A stretch of 64,000 nt of DNA, from the IMG/VR virus record IMGVR_UViG_3300036984_000039, positions 32,001 through 96,000 of that record. One strand, written 5' to 3'. The notes under the pieces are model-generated. The model saw only the letters and a program-made list of their open reading frames with translations, had not been told where the DNA came from and ran no database searches. Position 1 is the first letter of the stretch; every line of letters starts with the position of its first letter. This document shows positions 24,865-34,724 of the stretch, piece after piece. Source of the stretch: a virus (taxonomy: Duplodnaviria > Caudoviricetes). The translations under genes were made by a program, and so were the position numbers.

Positions 24865-26086
24865 ACACAGTCTCCATTGCTTTCAAGTCAAAAATGGCAA
24901 GCTGACTGTGCTTCTTTGCCAGGGTCAGCGCCTCGGCCTTGCTGCCACGCCGCACCGAGATGTCGATGTAGGCTTTGCCGTCATCCACCCAACCACCCAT
25001 GTAGTGATCCTTCTGCGTCAATAACTTGCGGTGGCCGCGCATATACTTCATCAGTTTCAGGCCCGAAACCTCAGCGACGGGTAACACGAATTCACAGTCT
25101 TTGTAGGGGCTGACCATGAAGCCATCGGACGGCGACTCGTTGAGTAGCGGCTGATAGGTGAAACCGCCGTTGTCCTTGAGCAGTTGGCGCAACATGCCCG
25201 TTTCGCCCTTGTCTACGATGTCCGGCACATCAGTCGTGCCCGCCGTGCCCTTCTTCGCGAACTGGCCGCCTTTGCGCGATCCGGCAGGCTGGTGCGCGGC
25301 GTTATACAGGTCGGTCGTCCAGTCCGCGCCGAGCACGCGGTCAAGCAGGGTGTCAGTCATGGTTGCCTCCATAGGCATTTCGCTCGCGTTCCAGTCCGGC
25401 AGCGGGCCACTTCCGACCAGCGCGGCGGCCTCCGCTATCGGCACTTCTTTGATCTCCAGATGGCAACGGCAATGGCCGTCGCATTCAGATGTATTTGGCT
25501 CTCCCGGCATCGGGACTTGAGCGATGGGCCGGAAGCCCGCACGACTATACATAACGCAAGAATTGCAATGTTCTGCGATGCCGAGCCGCCTGGCAGCAAG
25601 CACGACGAAACCGGGCTTACTCGTCAAGGAGCGTCGCTCTTTGACGGCATCATAGTATTGCCAACGCGCCTGGCCCAAATAGCCAGTCAAGCGCGCGAGC
25701 GCCTGAGCCTCGGATATTGAGCCGTCTGCAAGGCCATTCGCGAAACCAATCAGGCGGCGATAGCTTTCCTTGATGTTCGCGCCGATAACCCCGTAATCGT
25801 GGAAACCAAGTTTATCAAGGCCGCCTGCTCCAAGTGCCCTGTTTTCGATTGCCGCGCGTCTTAGCTCGTCGCGCATGGTCGCGAGCCACGTCGAGGCGTC
25901 GAGCACGCCGGCCTTGTAGTCCAGCGTCAGCCGCGCCAGCCGGTCGCCGCGCGCCTGCACCTGCGCGTCGAGCAATTCCACGATCTTCGCGCGCGCCACG
26001 GTACGCCCGGTCGTTAGGTTGCGATAGGCGTGCAACCTGGGATCGAACGTGTATCCCGTAAGCAGGGACGTGCGGCTAGACGGCAT
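24857..26086 (-). CDS. MuF-like head morphogenesis protein with C-terminal extension
   Basis: AEHCNSC..PMPG..CDGHCRCHLE Cys motif, then an HQPAGSRKGGQF linker and a conserved phage domain (GGFTY..YMGGW..YIDIS..QLAIFDL). Confidence 0.65.
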   Translation of the reverse strand: MPSSRTSLLTGYTFDPRLHAYRNLTTGRTVARAKIVELLDAQVQARGDRLARLTLDYKAGVLDASTWLATMRDELRRAAIENRALGAGGLDKLGFHDYGVIGANIKESYRRLIGFANGLADGSISEAQALARLTGYLGQARWQYYDAVKERRSLTSKPGFVVLAARRLGIAEHCNSCVMYSRAGFRPIAQVPMPGEPNTSECDGHCRCHLEIKEVPIAEAAALVGSGPLPDWNASEMPMEATMTDTLLDRVLGADWTTDLYNAAHQPAGSRKGGQFAKKGTAGTTDVPDIVDKGETGMLRQLLKDNGGFTYQPLLNESPSDGFMVSPYKDCEFVLPVAEVSGLKLMKYMRGHRKLLTQKDHYMGGWVDDGKAYIDISVRRGSKAEALTLAKKHSQLAIFDLKAMETVYA

Positions 26087-26855
26087 TGACAACCTTCGGT
26101 TCACCCAAGGATGGATTATAAACCCAACGATTCCCGGCATTCCAAGCATCTGCATACATCTGCGCCGTCACTCGCCAGGGGCGACCTTCGTACGTGCCTT
26201 TTTCATCATCGGTTTGTCGCAACACGCCAGGGGGATCATGCTTACCGTCGCCCCATTCAGCCAACACCATTCGCTTCTGTTTATACTCGCCTTCGTATGT
26301 GGTAAAAATTCCCGGCTTTGCAAAGCGCGTGAGCGGAACGACATCAGGATGCGGCGGAGTTGCCCATTCGTAAGGCCCAACCTCCTGTTTTCTAGCCATG
26401 TATGCGCGCATCCGTTGCGCTTCTACCTTGGACGCCTGTTCTATGCGCTGCTCAGTGGTGGATGGCAAGAATTGTCCACCACGATAGATACGCTCATTGA
26501 TACCAAGAGTTCCAGCACCGCCACGTGCACGGCCTTCCTCGCCCTGAGGATACATCTTTTCGCCGCCGACGTTTACCCATTCTCCCCCATCCGGCGATCC
26601 GGCAGGTATACGCGGTTGATTCACTGCCATCAACTTTGCTTCTTCGCTGCCCTTGCCACCCATCTGCGCCTCCGCTTGACCAGGATTATCATTCTCTAGT
26701 ATAGCGGAAGTCGTGGTATTTGGCAAGTCGGAACCACGCGGCGCGCCCGGCCCGTACTTGGCGACGTGCGCGCGCCAGCGGCGCAGGAAGATCGCCTCCT
26801 GCCGGTCAAGATCGGCGGTGAGAGCCGCTACTGCCTTGTCAAGCGCCTCACTCAT
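26076..26855 (-). CDS. Hypothetical head-associated protein
   Basis: Contains QPRIPAGSPDGGEW and YRGGQF motifs. Confidence 0.6.
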   Translation of the reverse strand: MSEALDKAVAALTADLDRQEAIFLRRWRAHVAKYGPGAPRGSDLPNTTTSAILENDNPGQAEAQMGGKGSEEAKLMAVNQPRIPAGSPDGGEWVNVGGEKMYPQGEEGRARGGAGTLGINERIYRGGQFLPSTTEQRIEQASKVEAQRMRAYMARKQEVGPYEWATPPHPDVVPLTRFAKPGIFTTYEGEYKQKRMVLAEWGDGKHDPPGVLRQTDDEKGTYEGRPWRVTAQMYADAWNAGNRWVYNPSLGEPKVVNAV

Positions 26856-29152
26856 GGTTGCGCCTCCCGGTCAATCTCCCACGTGCCCACGTAGGCATCC
26901 TGATACGTGCGCGCCAACTGATTCCACCCGATGCGCGCATGGAAGCCGGGAATCAGCCAGGCGTCACCGCGCCGACCGTCCGGCGCTAGGATCACGCCGA
27001 GCGTGTAACCCTGCATGTCACCGCCGATGATGGTGCTCATCTCGCGCAGCATATCGGCCTTGCGCTCCATGACGAGTTCTTGCTTGATCTGATTGTACTC
27101 GGCTTTCTCCGCCGCGGTCAGGCCGCGCATGGCCGCCTTTTCTTCGCGACCCGGCTCGCCTATCGTCGCCCGCCAGTGCTGTGCACTCGCGCCATTGGAC
27201 GCCAGGCCGGTCTTGACCTCGACGGCTACATGATCGCCCGCCACGTCGAGCGGCGCGTTATTGAGGCCCTGATTCAGCGTCTCAAAGCGCGCGCCGAAGC
27301 GTTGACTCAGCACGTGCGCGGCCAGCGCCTCGCCCAGTGCGCCCGTGGTCTCTTTGCTCAGGTCGCCGGCGGCGGGTTGGCTCTTGCCCGTCCAGACGCG
27401 CTCGGCGGTCGGCGCGAATGATAATCCGGGGCCGGAACCGCCGATCTCGCCAGGTCTGCCCTTATGCCCATAGTTACCAGAACCGGGGCCACCGAATGCG
27501 GCTTCGGACAAGCCGATCTCGTCGGAGATGGTGCCAAGCGTCGCATCAATGAAGCGGCCAGAATATAGCGACCAACGAAATGGTGTAGTCGGCGGAAATC
27601 CCGCACGGATAAGGCGGCGCGCGGCTTCGGCCACAGCAGGCCGTGCGGTAGTATCCCAGGCGGCTGCTGTCCGAGTACGCTCCATTCCCTCGGAATCTAT
27701 CTTGCGCTGAAGTTTGCGCGCCGCTGCTACGGGAATTGCCCACGGCGTAGAAATCTGTATCGGTGAAAGTGGGCCATTTTCCACGGAGCGCCATACGTGT
27801 ATGCCCTCATCCTCCATTGTCTGGCGCAACGCGGCTTGTTCCGGCGTCGAAATAGATGCCAGAAGATTGTCGTGACTCTTACCCTTGAAGCTCCTACCAG
27901 AAATCACGGTGGCGTCACGCGTAATGGTTGCCACGAAATCATAGGACTTTTCCGTGACTTGAACGGGAAGCGTTTGCCCTATCTTGGCGATATAAACAGG
28001 CCCAAGCGACGTACTCAACTTTACGGCTTTGCCAGAAACGGTACGTTGCGAGTCAATGGCTGAGGGGGTGCTATCCGATGCACTACCGCCGACTCCGACA
28101 CCCGGTCTGCCTGCATGGCCGTAGTTGCCGCTGCCAGGGCCACCAAGCTCGGCAAACAGCGCCTCCCAGTCCATGTCGAGCCATTTGCGGAGAGCCGCCT
28201 GCTGTGACGGACTACCGCGCAGCGCCACGACGAACGCATCGGCGTATAATTCGCGAGCATTGCTGATCGAGTAATTGCGCAAGCCGCCACTTTCCAATGG
28301 CCGCGGGATATCCATGCTTCGGTAGTCAAACTTGTCGTTCAACAAGCTGCGCATCTCTCGTGCGTCGTGTTGGCGATACATGACGTGATGACCGACTTCG
28401 TGGATAACCGTATCGGATGCGTTTACAGACGCGGGTGCAATGTGAATGGTATCCGTGCTCGGCACGTATAGGCCGTTGATGTTTGGAAGGGGATCGACTG
28501 GATCAAGAAAACTGCCATTGCCAGCTAGGCGGTAACCGTATGGCGGATCGGTTGAAAACTGAACGCCCTCAAGATAGCGTCGCGGGATGCCGCTGTGTCC
28601 AATCGTCCAGGCCAGCGTATCGGCATCGCCCAGGTGCGTCATACCAGAGCCGGATATTTTGATATTATCATTGACCCAGGCATAATCGGCTACCGGCCCG
28701 ACTAGTTGCGGTGATTCTTCGCCGTCAGCGACAATTTGATGCTCTGGCCCGATGGTCGCATAGCGGCTCGGCGCGGAGCCGCCCACCCCTACGCCCGGCC
28801 TGCCTGCGTGTCCGTAATTGCCCGAACCAGGGCCACCCAATTCGACATCCTGCGCCGGATCATAAAACACCGCCTCGCCCAGGCCGACCGCCTCTTGCGG
28901 CGGGCCGAGGTCATCCAGCAGCAGCTTGTATTCCAGCGGCGCGACCACGTACCAGTCGGCGCGGGCGTCCTGCACCGCGGCCTCGTCAATCACGGCGCTC
29001 AGGGCGAACGCGCCGGGATCGGGCAGCCACGTGCGCGGGTCAGCACCTTCCGGCACGGCGGCTGCTGCTTCGCGCACCCAACGCGCGGCATCGCCCGGCG
29101 TGAAGCCCGCGGCGATGATGGCGGCGACTTGCGCCGTGGCGCGGTCAGGCAT
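26852..29152 (-). CDS. Modular protein: GGPGSG repeats, HExxH zinc peptidase and PD-(D/E)xK nuclease
   Basis: Three GGPGSGNYGHxGRPG repeats; VIHEVGHH..YSISNARELYADAF; TGALGE..PLDV..AVEVKTG. Confidence 0.75.
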   Translation of the reverse strand: MPDRATAQVAAIIAAGFTPGDAARWVREAAAAVPEGADPRTWLPDPGAFALSAVIDEAAVQDARADWYVVAPLEYKLLLDDLGPPQEAVGLGEAVFYDPAQDVELGGPGSGNYGHAGRPGVGVGGSAPSRYATIGPEHQIVADGEESPQLVGPVADYAWVNDNIKISGSGMTHLGDADTLAWTIGHSGIPRRYLEGVQFSTDPPYGYRLAGNGSFLDPVDPLPNINGLYVPSTDTIHIAPASVNASDTVIHEVGHHVMYRQHDAREMRSLLNDKFDYRSMDIPRPLESGGLRNYSISNARELYADAFVVALRGSPSQQAALRKWLDMDWEALFAELGGPGSGNYGHAGRPGVGVGGSASDSTPSAIDSQRTVSGKAVKLSTSLGPVYIAKIGQTLPVQVTEKSYDFVATITRDATVISGRSFKGKSHDNLLASISTPEQAALRQTMEDEGIHVWRSVENGPLSPIQISTPWAIPVAAARKLQRKIDSEGMERTRTAAAWDTTARPAVAEAARRLIRAGFPPTTPFRWSLYSGRFIDATLGTISDEIGLSEAAFGGPGSGNYGHKGRPGEIGGSGPGLSFAPTAERVWTGKSQPAAGDLSKETTGALGEALAAHVLSQRFGARFETLNQGLNNAPLDVAGDHVAVEVKTGLASNGASAQHWRATIGEPGREEKAAMRGLTAAEKAEYNQIKQELVMERKADMLREMSTIIGGDMQGYTLGVILAPDGRRGDAWLIPGFHARIGWNQLARTYQDAYVGTWEIDREAQP

Positions 29153-29154
29153 GG

Positions 29155-29352
29155 CTAGGCTGGCTCCGGCTGGTCTTCGATCTGCACGACATAAAAATAC
29201 GGTACGCTCTTGGCCGTCTCAAGCTCGCCGGGATCAGTAACCTTGCGCAAGATCATCGGGATCGCGCCATTCGCATCTGGCGGGCCATCCTTGATCTCAA
29301 ACAGCGGCAGGTTCCGGTGTAGCGTCGGGTTGTAGTCCTCGTAATGAGTCAT
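29155..29352 (-). CDS. Small hypothetical protein
   Basis: RBS AAGGA; ends 2 nt before the next ATG. Confidence 0.5.
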   Translation of the reverse strand: MTHYEDYNPTLHRNLPLFEIKDGPPDANGAIPMILRKVTDPGELETAKSVPYFYVVQIEDQPEPA

Positions 29353-29492
29353 TGGATATTTCCTTAGCAGGCGGTGCGCAAAACGTGCAGCGCCAGACGA
29401 TGGGCTTGCCGCTCGGCTCATAGCCGACCACCTGGCCGGCGACCAGGCCACAGTTGCGCGGCGCATGGTCGGCGTACTGGCAATAGGCCAAC

Positions 29493-29885
29493 TCAGCCAT
29501 CGGCCACGTCATTCGGCCACAGGTCGGCGGGTAAGTCCAGGTACGCGCAGATCAGCCGCGCGGCGGTCAGCCAGTCGTAACATACCGCCGTGTGCCAGCC
29601 TTGCCGGGCGAGATAGGCCAGATACAGCTTTTGCTCCGGCGTCGGCTTGTTGCGACCGCTCTTAAGTTCAATCACCATGCCATTGCAGCCGTGCGCCCGT
29701 TCGCAAATCCAGACGTCCGGTACGCCTCTCCGCGTCCCAAGCCGCTGCATGTTGGCCGCGGTCGCCTTGCTGCGCATCCCGCCATTGGGTGGGTGAAAGG
29801 CAAAACGCAGCGCCTCTACCTCACCTTCGCGGGCGCGAATCCAGGCAAACAGCGCGGCTTGCTGCTCATCTTCGTCGTGTCTCAC
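29493..29885 (-). CDS. VRR-NUC domain nuclease
   Basis: EDEQQ..FHPPNGG..GVPDV..IELKSG..TPEQ. Confidence 0.9.
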   Translation of the reverse strand: MRHDEDEQQAALFAWIRAREGEVEALRFAFHPPNGGMRSKATAANMQRLGTRRGVPDVWICERAHGCNGMVIELKSGRNKPTPEQKLYLAYLARQGWHTAVCYDWLTAARLICAYLDLPADLWPNDVADG

Positions 29886-30241
29886 GGCTGCACGTCCACG
29901 CGCGCCAGACTATCACCTACCGAGAAGCCGTTCGGGTAACGCACCCTCAGCTTGGCGATGTTGGCGGCCATGATCTCGGATAGGTCAAGGCCGGTCAGCG
30001 TGCAGATGGCGGCCAAATACCACAGACAATCGCCGGTTTCGTCCGCCAGTTTCGCCATATCCAGGCCATGTCGATGCCAAACTTGCTTCTTAATCGCATT
30101 ACACATTTCGCCCGCTTCACCTGCAAGGCCCAGGGCGTGAAACAGCAGCGCAATTTCCTCCGGCGTGAAGGCTTGCGGCTCATGGTGCAGCGTGCGCGCG
30201 GCGGCGATCTGATAGGCGCGGGCGTCCAGCGGCTCAGGCAT
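29882..30241 (-). CDS. MazG-like nucleotide pyrophosphohydrolase
   Basis: LGLAGEAGE..ADETGDCLWY..NIAKLRVRYPNGF. Confidence 0.92.
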   Translation of the reverse strand: MPEPLDARAYQIAAARTLHHEPQAFTPEEIALLFHALGLAGEAGEMCNAIKKQVWHRHGLDMAKLADETGDCLWYLAAICTLTGLDLSEIMAANIAKLRVRYPNGFSVGDSLARVDVQP

Positions 30242-31895
30242 GGGCGAATAACTCCACGTCGGCGTCCGCGCCCTGCCCACCCACAATCCTCTCAGCGGCC
30301 ATTAGCAGGGCGCTACGCACGACTTCCGGGTAAATGCCGGTCTCAGGCGCGGGTGGCTCAGATAGGCTCGCTACGGCGTCCTGCGCCTCACTCGCCTTGA
30401 CCTCTGCCTCCGGCTGTTCCGTGCCCGCCTGCGCCTTCTGGCCCGGCGCGGTCGCGGGTGGCTCTTTGGTTGGCTTACCGTTACCCGCAGCGGCATTGGC
30501 GGCAGCCGCGGCGCTCTTGGCAAGCTGTGGCGGTACGACGCCCGGCGTATTGGGCGGCAACTCGCCGGCAGCAGCCTGCGCCGCCAACTGCTTCGCCGCT
30601 TCCGCCGCCGCTTTCTCGGCATCCGCTTTCGCCAGCTTTTGCGCTTCCTCGATATCCTTCGCGCTCTTGTACGGCATATTGAAAATCGCGCGCAACCACT
30701 CGGCATCTTCCGGCGCGGCGACGTTCAGGAATTCCGTGATATTGGCGAGCCATTGCGCGGTCGCGGGCGGCAGGACGGTGACGCGGGAATGGCTGATACG
30801 GGGATGATCGGAGATGCTGCCAAACTTACCGGGGTTGTTCGCCAACATACGCGGTACAAGATGCCGATTCCACACGTCCTGGATGCGATCCAGTGCGCCG
30901 TCCACGCCCATCGTAAACGCATCGTACATCGTGCCGCCGAGCGACTGCGTACCGCGCTCGGTGCTGCCCAAGCGCACGAACGTCGCAGCTTGCAGCGCGG
31001 CGATCTCCCAACGCAACTGGTCGATCCAGCCGCGAATGTCGCCCAGGTTGGAGAGTGAGACGGTCTTGAGGTCGCCGTCAACCATCGGGCCGGGCAACTT
31101 GACGTACTGCAACTCGCCCGCGGCCAGGCCCTCGCCGATCTCATCGACGGCGTTCAGGATCTTGTCATCGGGCGGTGAGAGGAATTTGAACCACGGCAGG
31201 CCGGTGCCGCCGCGCTGCGCGGTCGCGCCGCCGATCTGTTCAAGCTGCTCAATCAGGTACGCAATCCAGTACGCGGGTTCGAGCCAACCCAGGCCCTCAA
31301 TGCTGCCGCGCTCGTCGCCACCCACGTAATGCAGGAGCTTTTCAATGGGGATCGGCTCGGTCTGTTTGCCGGTGTTCGGGTCGGTTTGAATCATGGCTTG
31401 CAGGCCACCCGTTTCGTCAAGCTCCCATTTGTAGAGCGTTTCCTGGCGGCGCGTGGCGAGCTTCTTGAGGCCGATCAGCCCATCATCCCATTTGCTCGGC
31501 GCGGCGTCCTTGCCGGTGGGATTCTGACCGTTGCGCTTCTTCCAGACGATTTCGTGGTCGGCCCACCCGAAGGCCCAGGAGGACAGTGCAAATTGCACTG
31601 CGGACGCCAGGCTGGTACTAGTATCCTGTAAGCATTGATCCACGAACTCCGCGGCGTCCTGGTCAGCTTTGCTTTCGGCGGCGGGCGTCACCGTCCAACG
31701 CACTGACGAAGCGGCCAGGGTAACCATATTCCATGAGGTGTAGGCAGAAGGTTCACGACGCAAAACGCGGGCCATCTTGGCAATTCCCGATGGCCCGCGA
31801 AGAATTTCTGCATAGCGGTCACTGAGCAGACCGGCATACTCTTGCACACCGGTAACGCCCATAGACGCATAGAGGTTGAATTTCTTAGTCGGCAT
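30234..31895 (-). CDS. Portal protein (DUF935/Mu gp29-like)
   Basis: Follows the terminase; GWADHEIVWK, IPIEKLLHY, EGLGWLEPAY, WNRHLVPRM patterns. Confidence 0.85.
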   Translation of the reverse strand: MPTKKFNLYASMGVTGVQEYAGLLSDRYAEILRGPSGIAKMARVLRREPSAYTSWNMVTLAASSVRWTVTPAAESKADQDAAEFVDQCLQDTSTSLASAVQFALSSWAFGWADHEIVWKKRNGQNPTGKDAAPSKWDDGLIGLKKLATRRQETLYKWELDETGGLQAMIQTDPNTGKQTEPIPIEKLLHYVGGDERGSIEGLGWLEPAYWIAYLIEQLEQIGGATAQRGGTGLPWFKFLSPPDDKILNAVDEIGEGLAAGELQYVKLPGPMVDGDLKTVSLSNLGDIRGWIDQLRWEIAALQAATFVRLGSTERGTQSLGGTMYDAFTMGVDGALDRIQDVWNRHLVPRMLANNPGKFGSISDHPRISHSRVTVLPPATAQWLANITEFLNVAAPEDAEWLRAIFNMPYKSAKDIEEAQKLAKADAEKAAAEAAKQLAAQAAAGELPPNTPGVVPPQLAKSAAAAANAAAGNGKPTKEPPATAPGQKAQAGTEQPEAEVKASEAQDAVASLSEPPAPETGIYPEVVRSALLMAAERIVGGQGADADVELFAHA

Positions 31896-32008
31896 GACGC
31901 CTCCAATCAGGCGGACGAGGCGTCAACGCGCCTTTGGCGGGTGGATATTTGCATAAGTGTTAGTATAGCACTTCCGTTGCATTTTCGCAATAGGCAAAAT
32001 ATCACGCA

Positions 32009-33478
32009 TTACGCGGGCATGGCCCAGCGGTTCGGCGTCCTCTTTCCCGTCCCACCGATGGCATCGAATGACCATCCGGTTTGCCCGCGGCCCGCGCAGG
32101 CCAGGGCAAAGGACATAGCAAGGTCATCATGTTCTCCAGTCGGCGCGCTCAGCGTCGCGCCCTCTATCAATGCCAATTCTGTGAGGGACTCGAAGTCGTG
32201 CAGCTTGACCTCGCCGTTGCGCAGTTGGTCGGCCAGCGTGTTGTACATCAGCGTCTTGGAGAGCGTGGTCGTGCGCCAACCGGTCTTACCGTCATGGCCG
32301 GGCAGCAGGTAGAGTTTGGAGTGCTCGCGCAACCATAGGAGCACGGCGGTGCCTATGGAATTTGTCTCCAACATCACGGCCGCACGCATGTAAAACGTTC
32401 CGGTCATATCGACATACGAAGCCAAGACGGACGGTTCCACGCGTTCCCCGAACACCGCGGCCTGCTCGCCGGTCGTGCAATCGAGCACCTGAAAGGCCGA
32501 GGCGTCCGAGCCGGGATTGCCTTCGGCGGGATCGACGCCAATTACGTAGCGACCATCGGGTTTGGGCGGCGCGAAGATGCGCAGGCCGGGCACGGCGGGC
32601 GCACCGGGTACGTTACGCAGTGGCGGCATCTCGGCGGCGCAGAGCGTGAACCAGTCGGCGGCCAGGCGCTTGTCGAGTTGCGCGGGCCGTAACGCTTCTT
32701 CGTCGGTCAGCGGGTATTGCTCAAGCACATCGTCCAGCGCACCGGTGCGCGCCAGCACGTCGCGTTTTTGGGCCTCATACCATGCCTGCGTCCGTGAGGG
32801 CCGCGCTGTCCAGGGCAGGAACACCGGCGTCCATTCGCTGCTTTCCGGGTCACGCACCGCGCCGCGGTAGATAGCCTTGAAGATGGATTGCGGTTGGGTT
32901 TTGTCGCTTCGACTCAGAAGCGTCATGCGGCCGCCCGCGTCGATGGTCGGCTTGGCGCGGCGCAACAGGTCGTTCAGGTCGGGACAGATGTCGGCTTCGT
33001 CCACAAGCGCGTAGGTGACCGTGAATGCGTCACCGGCTCCGGCTGGCAAGGCGCGGGCGATGGAGCCATTGGACAGGCCCCAGGTATGATCGGAATCATT
33101 CGTAATGGTGATGCCCGCCTTGAGCCAGGCCGGCAGCCGCTCCCACATGCCGCGCAAGCGTTCCGGGCCGAGCAGGTAGACCGCTTCGCGATCCGTGCGA
33201 CAGAAGATCAGGATGGTTGCCGCGGGTCGGAAGATCATCAGCCACAGCGCATAGGCCAGGCACAGCCACGTCATACCCAGTTGCCGCGCCTTGAGGATCA
33301 CGACAAGCCGGTCGGCCTCCAACGTCTGCGCGACCTCGATCTGGCGCGGCCACAGGTGAAACGACAGCCAGTCGCCGGACACCGCGTCGTAAATCTCGCA
33401 GTAGGTATGCACGAAGTAAGCCAGCGCCTTGCGGCATAACGCAGCTTGGAGGATAGTTTCTTGCGCGCCTATTGACAT
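32009..33478 (-). CDS. terL: Terminase large subunit
   Basis: Walker A ILKARQLGMT, Walker B ALVDEA, nuclease IGVDPAEG..D..HDDLAMS. The longer ORF-track call is antisense to tnpB. Confidence 0.93.
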   Translation of the reverse strand: MSIGAQETILQAALCRKALAYFVHTYCEIYDAVSGDWLSFHLWPRQIEVAQTLEADRLVVILKARQLGMTWLCLAYALWLMIFRPAATILIFCRTDREAVYLLGPERLRGMWERLPAWLKAGITITNDSDHTWGLSNGSIARALPAGAGDAFTVTYALVDEADICPDLNDLLRRAKPTIDAGGRMTLLSRSDKTQPQSIFKAIYRGAVRDPESSEWTPVFLPWTARPSRTQAWYEAQKRDVLARTGALDDVLEQYPLTDEEALRPAQLDKRLAADWFTLCAAEMPPLRNVPGAPAVPGLRIFAPPKPDGRYVIGVDPAEGNPGSDASAFQVLDCTTGEQAAVFGERVEPSVLASYVDMTGTFYMRAAVMLETNSIGTAVLLWLREHSKLYLLPGHDGKTGWRTTTLSKTLMYNTLADQLRNGEVKLHDFESLTELALIEGATLSAPTGEHDDLAMSFALACAGRGQTGWSFDAIGGTGKRTPNRWAMPA

Positions 33479-34670
33479 TGTATAGATTCCGCGATACAAT
33501 ATCGCCATGAGATTAACGTACAAGTATCGAATCTTTCCGAGTAAATCACAGCGAACTTCCCTTAAGAAGGTACTTGGTGCATGTCGCTTCGTGTACAACA
33601 AGGCATTGGAAACTAGAAAAAATGCATGGGAAGAACGCCAAGAAGCTGTCAGTAAATACGATACGATTAATCTCATCCCTCAGTGGAAAGCTGAAAATGA
33701 ATGGCTTAAAGACGGTCACGCACAGGCTATGCAAGAAGCCTTGACGCGTCTTGATTTGGCTTTCCGCTCGTTCTTTCGCCGCGTGAAAGCTGGAGAAAAA
33801 CCAGGATATCCACGATTCAGATCGGCTGATCGTTACGATTCGTTTACGTATCCTCAAGAAAGGGGCAACTGGCGATTTCTCGATAATGGCCGCGTACGTC
33901 TGTCTAAGATTGGTGATGTCAAAATCAAGTTGCACCGCCCTCTTAGCGGGGAGTGCAAGACCCTGACCATTCAACGCGATGCTATTGGCAACTGGTACGC
34001 TTGCTTCTCTTGCATCGTTGAAGCCAATCCACTGATACCTACGGATAAGATAGTTGGAATCGACGTTGGTTTGACTCACTTTGCAACCCTGAGCGATGGA
34101 AGCCAAATTGATAATCCCCGCTTCTTTCGCAAGAGTGAAGATGCACTTGTAGCCGTACAGCGCCACTTGTCGAAAGAGACAAAGGGCACACCGGGATTTC
34201 ATCATTACAAGCGTGTGCTCAATCATATTCATCAGCGAATTGCCAATCGGCGCAAGAACTTTGCACACCAAGAATCGCGTAAGCTGATCGACAAGTATCA
34301 ACTAATCGCCTTTGAGGATTTGGACATCAACGGTATGATGGACGGCAACCACCGCGGTATGAACAAGAGTATTTGTGACGTTGCGTGGAATCAATTTGTG
34401 CAATTCACGACGAGCAAGGCGGAAGGTGCTGGCCGTCGCGTGGTACTTGTTGATCCGCGTAACACAACAAAACTCTGTTCCCGTTGCGGTGAAATTGTCC
34501 CCAAGAAAATGTCCGTTCGTGTTCATGTCTGCCCTAAGTGCGATATCGTGCTTGATCGGGATCATAATGCTGCTTTGAACATTCTTGCCCGCGGATTAGC
34601 TGGCATCAGCACCGGTTCGCCGGTTGTAGCTGTAGAAGCCCCGGCTTTAGCCGTGGGAGTAATCACTGAC
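33477..34670 (+). mobile_element. Non-autonomous IS200/IS605 element carrying tnpB, inserted at the terL start
   Basis: Right-end hairpin GAAGCCCCGGCTTTAGCCGTGGGAGTAATCAC. TGACA occurs on both sides, so the equivalent boundary is 33473-34666. Confidence 0.8.
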
Positions 34671-34709
34671 ACGGCCATGTTTTCAGTATATGCTAAGGCA
34701 ACACGTTAG
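33507..34709 (+). CDS. tnpB: RNA-guided endonuclease TnpB (intact, leaderless)
   Basis: TYKYRIFP, GIDVG, FEDL, CSRC..CPKC, DRDHNAA. ATG lies 6 nt after TTGACA-N17-TACAAT. Confidence 0.95.
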   Translation: MRLTYKYRIFPSKSQRTSLKKVLGACRFVYNKALETRKNAWEERQEAVSKYDTINLIPQWKAENEWLKDGHAQAMQEALTRLDLAFRSFFRRVKAGEKPGYPRFRSADRYDSFTYPQERGNWRFLDNGRVRLSKIGDVKIKLHRPLSGECKTLTIQRDAIGNWYACFSCIVEANPLIPTDKIVGIDVGLTHFATLSDGSQIDNPRFFRKSEDALVAVQRHLSKETKGTPGFHHYKRVLNHIHQRIANRRKNFAHQESRKLIDKYQLIAFEDLDINGMMDGNHRGMNKSICDVAWNQFVQFTTSKAEGAGRRVVLVDPRNTTKLCSRCGEIVPKKMSVRVHVCPKCDIVLDRDHNAALNILARGLAGISTGSPVVAVEAPALAVGVITDTAMFSVYAKATR

Positions 34710-34724
34710 TCAACAGGATGGCAC

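Noticed and set aside
33479-33676. N-terminal extension of terminase in the ORF track
   Set aside because: It is the antisense of the tnpB 5' region inside the inserted element.
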